A program made the position numbers and the translations under genes. The notes below the pieces were generated by a model. It saw only the letters and a list, made by a program, of their open reading frames with translations. It ran no database searches and was not told the origin of the DNA. 64,000 nt of DNA from the human T2T-CHM13v2.0 reference genome, Homo sapiens. Of the stretch, positions 60,421 through 64,000 are shown in pieces; the stretch's first letter is position 1, and every line of letters begins with the position of its first letter. Where the stretch lies: NCBI RefSeq assembly GCF_009914755.1, contig NC_060930.1; one strand, given 5' to 3'.

Positions 60421-60519
60421 AGCTAGGTATGGCTTTATGTAGTACTTTCTTAAACATTCACCCTCAAACCTGAAGGGTTCTTTAATGATTGTGTTCATTT
60501 ATTCATTTGGGATTAGCTA

Positions 60520-61078
60520 GTTTCCAAGGATGGATCAACCATCCATGCCTCCCGGTATTCCCAGCCATGTGTAGTCCCCTTCCACAGTGAATCTGGCTTC
60601 AACCAACAGGGTGCAGTGGAAGTGGCCCTATGCCAGTTCTCCACCTAAGCTATATGATGTCCTAACAGCTGCCTTTTCATGCTTTTAGAACCCTTAACCA
60701 ACATTAAGAAGTCTAGCTACACTCCTGGAGTCCAGCTAACATGGAGAAACCATACAGAGAGGCCACATGGAGCGGTGGGGACATGAGAATGTGCAGGGAG
60801 GGAGAGGAGTCCAGCTGCCTCATAATCCTACCGGAGCCCAGGCATCAGCCATCTCTGCCAACCTGCAGCACGAGTGAGGACGCGAGTGTGCCACCTGGCA
60901 AGTGGATCCTCTGGCCCCAGTCAAGGAGCTGCAGCTGATGGTGCATGGAGCAGAGAGAAACTGCCCTGCTGAGCCCTGCCAAAATCATAAAATTGTGAGC
61001 AATGAAACAAAGTGGCTGTTATTTTAATCCACTAATATTTGGGATAGTGTGTTACATCGCAATAGATAACTGAGACAC
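60520..61078 (+). mobile_element. MLT1 (MaLR) LTR
   Basis: 3' end GCTGAGCCCTGCCAAAAT...TTTTAATCCACTAA...GTTACATCGCAATAGATAACTGAGACA. Confidence 0.8.
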
Positions 61079-64000
61079 ATTCATCAAATAAATATTTATC
61101 TAACCTGCTGTTTATAATAATAATACAACACTAATATTGAGTATGCTGTAATATATAGCAATATAATTAATATGGTAATATTTATCTATCTATTATTGAC
61201 AGACTTTGTGATGAGTAGGAAATTGTATCTATCTTTAAGGCCTGCAGTCAAGAAGGGGAAACTATATTAAAAGCTAGTGTTTTGGAATTTCGTCAACAAG
61301 TCTGTTTCCACGATTTAATAGACTTCAAAATATTCTGTGTTTTCCTCCTATAACAAATATGTTCCTTGTGGACCTAATCTGGCATATAATATATGTACAA
61401 AAATACAAGTTAATTAATGAATTAAAGTCAGTGGAATCTCTTATGTCAGTGAAAGCAATAGGGTTGCTGACAAAAAAAGAAAGTAAAAGTTTTTAGTGAA
61501 TTGTATATGCACCACTGGTTTTTATTTCACCTTTATCTTAAACAGTCAGCCACTCACTTAAACTTTGGCTTCTGAGGCTGAGAGCCACATAAAAGGGAGC
61601 ACTAAATAACTGCAAGTGTAAAGAATGATTTGTGCTCCCTAAAATGCTTTATTCATACAAGGGAACTGAGGCTTGGAGAGGCAAAGGGGCTTGCTCATAA
61701 TCACACACCTGGCACATTACGGATTTCAGACTCAAACAGACATTTTTAAAACCAAGTCCATTGTCTTGGCTAAAGTACACCTTCTCCAAACTCCTATCTT
61801 TCTCTTACTCAAAATTTCCCTTCAAATCTACACATTCCAAGATCTCTCTTAGAGCTGGGCCCATGGTGCTCCTGGAAGATATGATTGGATTTCTCCTCAC
61901 CCTCTGAGCAGTGTAGGCACAGGTCTTCTGGTGCAGGGGATGGGGACGTTAGAATGTGGCAGCTAGCTGGTACCTATTGGAGACCACCCCTGTAGGTGGG
62001 GTGACTCTACCACTCTGGTCTGTCAACAGAATAGTTTTTATGGGACCCTCATACGGGTCAGGGACTCTGTTATGTGCTGCAAGGGATTTGCAGGGAGCAA
62101 GAGAGAGGTCCTTTCCCGCAAAAGACTTACGGTCAGCCCCTAAGCTTCTCGGTGAAGGGAAGAGCAACATTGAACATCCGTCTTGGACACCTTGCCCCTT
62201 GGTTCTTCTATCTCACGAGTGCCTCGCAGTGGCTCTGCCTGTGGTCCCTTACTCATGTTCTCTGGACCAGGGTTGTTAACCATAGCAGGTTAGAACTGCC
62301 CATTTATTCTAAATACAACAGCCAACTACCATCTTTATTTCAACCCTCACTTCCCACCACTTCTTCTCTAGTCTCAAAATGCCTTTCAGCATAGGCAGGA
62401 AATATGACAGAAGAAAGTCCCAGTCGAACAAACAATAACCGAAAATGCTCTTTGTTGCTGGGCCTTGGCGATCAAAGCCCTGCACATGTTTGCCAGCTGT
62501 AGTTCAGATGGTTTCTATTTCACTCAGCATTAATTTTTTATGAAATCTGTGGCCCAGGGGCCCATAAGCGGCTTTCAGTTCTTCATTCTATACTGTCTGG
62601 TCTAATTGCCAAGGCATGGTAAGACTCAGATTTTAAGGCGTCGTTAATGTATTTACCAGCCTTCCGGTCTACAGGCAGGCTCACCTCTTTGTGTGGGATT
62701 TTAATCATGTTTTGTTTTTAGAAAGGAAATGAAGGTATTCTTGGACTAAATATACTTGCTTTTCTTTGGATTTATTATCAGTATTTCACATCAGCGAGAC
62801 AGCATACACAACACTGCCAATCCCAAACCTCAGACTTTATCTTCCAGTTTAAGTTTGATTCTTAAGAAGCATATGGAGTCTGTGCAGTGGAGGTAAGGCC
62901 TGTTTAAAATGAAGGCTGTTGTTTGTATGAAACATGCTTATTTAGTAGTTTATGATAAGGGGCCTGCTGACCCCAAAGGCTATCTTTCTTCTCACTTAGC
63001 AGCAGCAGCCTGGACTTTGTTTCAGATCGTCTCTGGATGCTGTAGCAAAGCCAGCAAGTGACTCACTGTCTGTCCTCAAACTCTTTGCAGCCCCCATTAC
63101 TGAAGAGCCCCACAGACAACTTAGAAAACACAGTGATGGGAAAGTGACAGTGTTTGCAGAGTTGCTGGTTGCCAGGGGTCTACATGCAAGGCCAGTGCCG
63201 CGATCATTTTCATGAATTTCAGATGTCCTTTCTCTTGCCAACTTCGTGTGTTTTCTGAAAAATAATAAGAAAAAAAAAAAAACCCAGTCATCTGGCCTTA
63301 CTTCCTTAAACCGAAGCTATTAGAGGTATCCAGGATCTGACTAGGGCAGCTAATTTTCTTTCAGTAGTGATTATAGCTGCACACCCTGCACAAACCGCAT
63401 GCAAGACTCCCCCTCAACATAATTTTACATGCTTCACTTCTCCAATTGGCTCCAACTGTTAACAGAGCCCAGGTTTTGCATACACAGCCACACTTGGGGA
63501 GAAAGAAAAATACTTTGTTGCAGGCAGTTTTGCCTTGATACTTGGCACTACTCCATTTCCTGACTGCGTTACACTCCCTTCCCTCCCAGGTACCTGAGAC
63601 TTCTTCATGCATCTGAGTGTCTGGCTTTTGATGCAGCTCCTGGTTAGGAACCAGCCCTCTCCATGGTCATTAGCTTCCTTTTTTTTAAAAAAAAACCAAA
63701 AAACTACCATCTAGTAGGCAGCTTCTTCGGCACTATTGTTAATCTGAGAATTTGCTAGTACTTAACTCACTCTTCACACGCCAGAAAAATCTCTATTCTT
63801 TGAAGTGTCTAAGTGTGTGATGGCTGAATGTGTTGGGAGGAGCTGTGTTTCAATATGTTTTTTACTTTTGTTCTCAGGCCAGAGAAATTTCATTCAGTTT
63901 CATGTGTTCAGTCCTTGAAACAAAAGGCAGTGCTTCTATTTGAAGCTTTGGTTCATTTAAAGGAAGTAATCAATTCTGTTCTGTGAGTATTCACTGAATA

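Noticed and set aside
62859-62868. TTCTTAAGAA STAT6-type palindrome
   Set aside because: Isolated motif 11 kb from the TSS, expected by chance in 64 kb.

Overview
Human genomic DNA covering the 5' part of F13A1 (coagulation factor XIII A subunit, a transglutaminase) on the minus strand. Non-coding exon 1 lies at ~51597-51522, exon 2 at 49617-49470 (ATG at 49599; activation peptide and thrombin site) and exon 3 at 36526-36338. Positions 1-36337 are intron 3, and ~12.4 kb of upstream sequence follows the promoter. The haplotype carries Leu34 (TTG), C at intron 1 +12 (intact GC box) and six AAAG repeats at the forensic STR HUMF13A01. Intron 3 holds a full-length, gene-sense L1PA2/late-L1PA3-type LINE-1 (25710-31754) with an 11-bp TSD. 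Its ORF1 and ORF2 are inactivated by point mutations, but its antisense ORF0 is open. The rest is mostly Alu, L2, MIR, old L1, LTR and DNA-transposon sequence. I see no convincing new gene system. The most unusual unexplained structures are a PATRR-like AT-rich palindrome next to an 82-bp duplication carrying an AP-1 site, two short near-perfect hairpins, an L2-derived minisatellite, a triplicated segment upstream of the promoter and inverted Alus flanking the in-frame exon 3. Repeat subfamily names come from recalled consensus sequences, not from a search.
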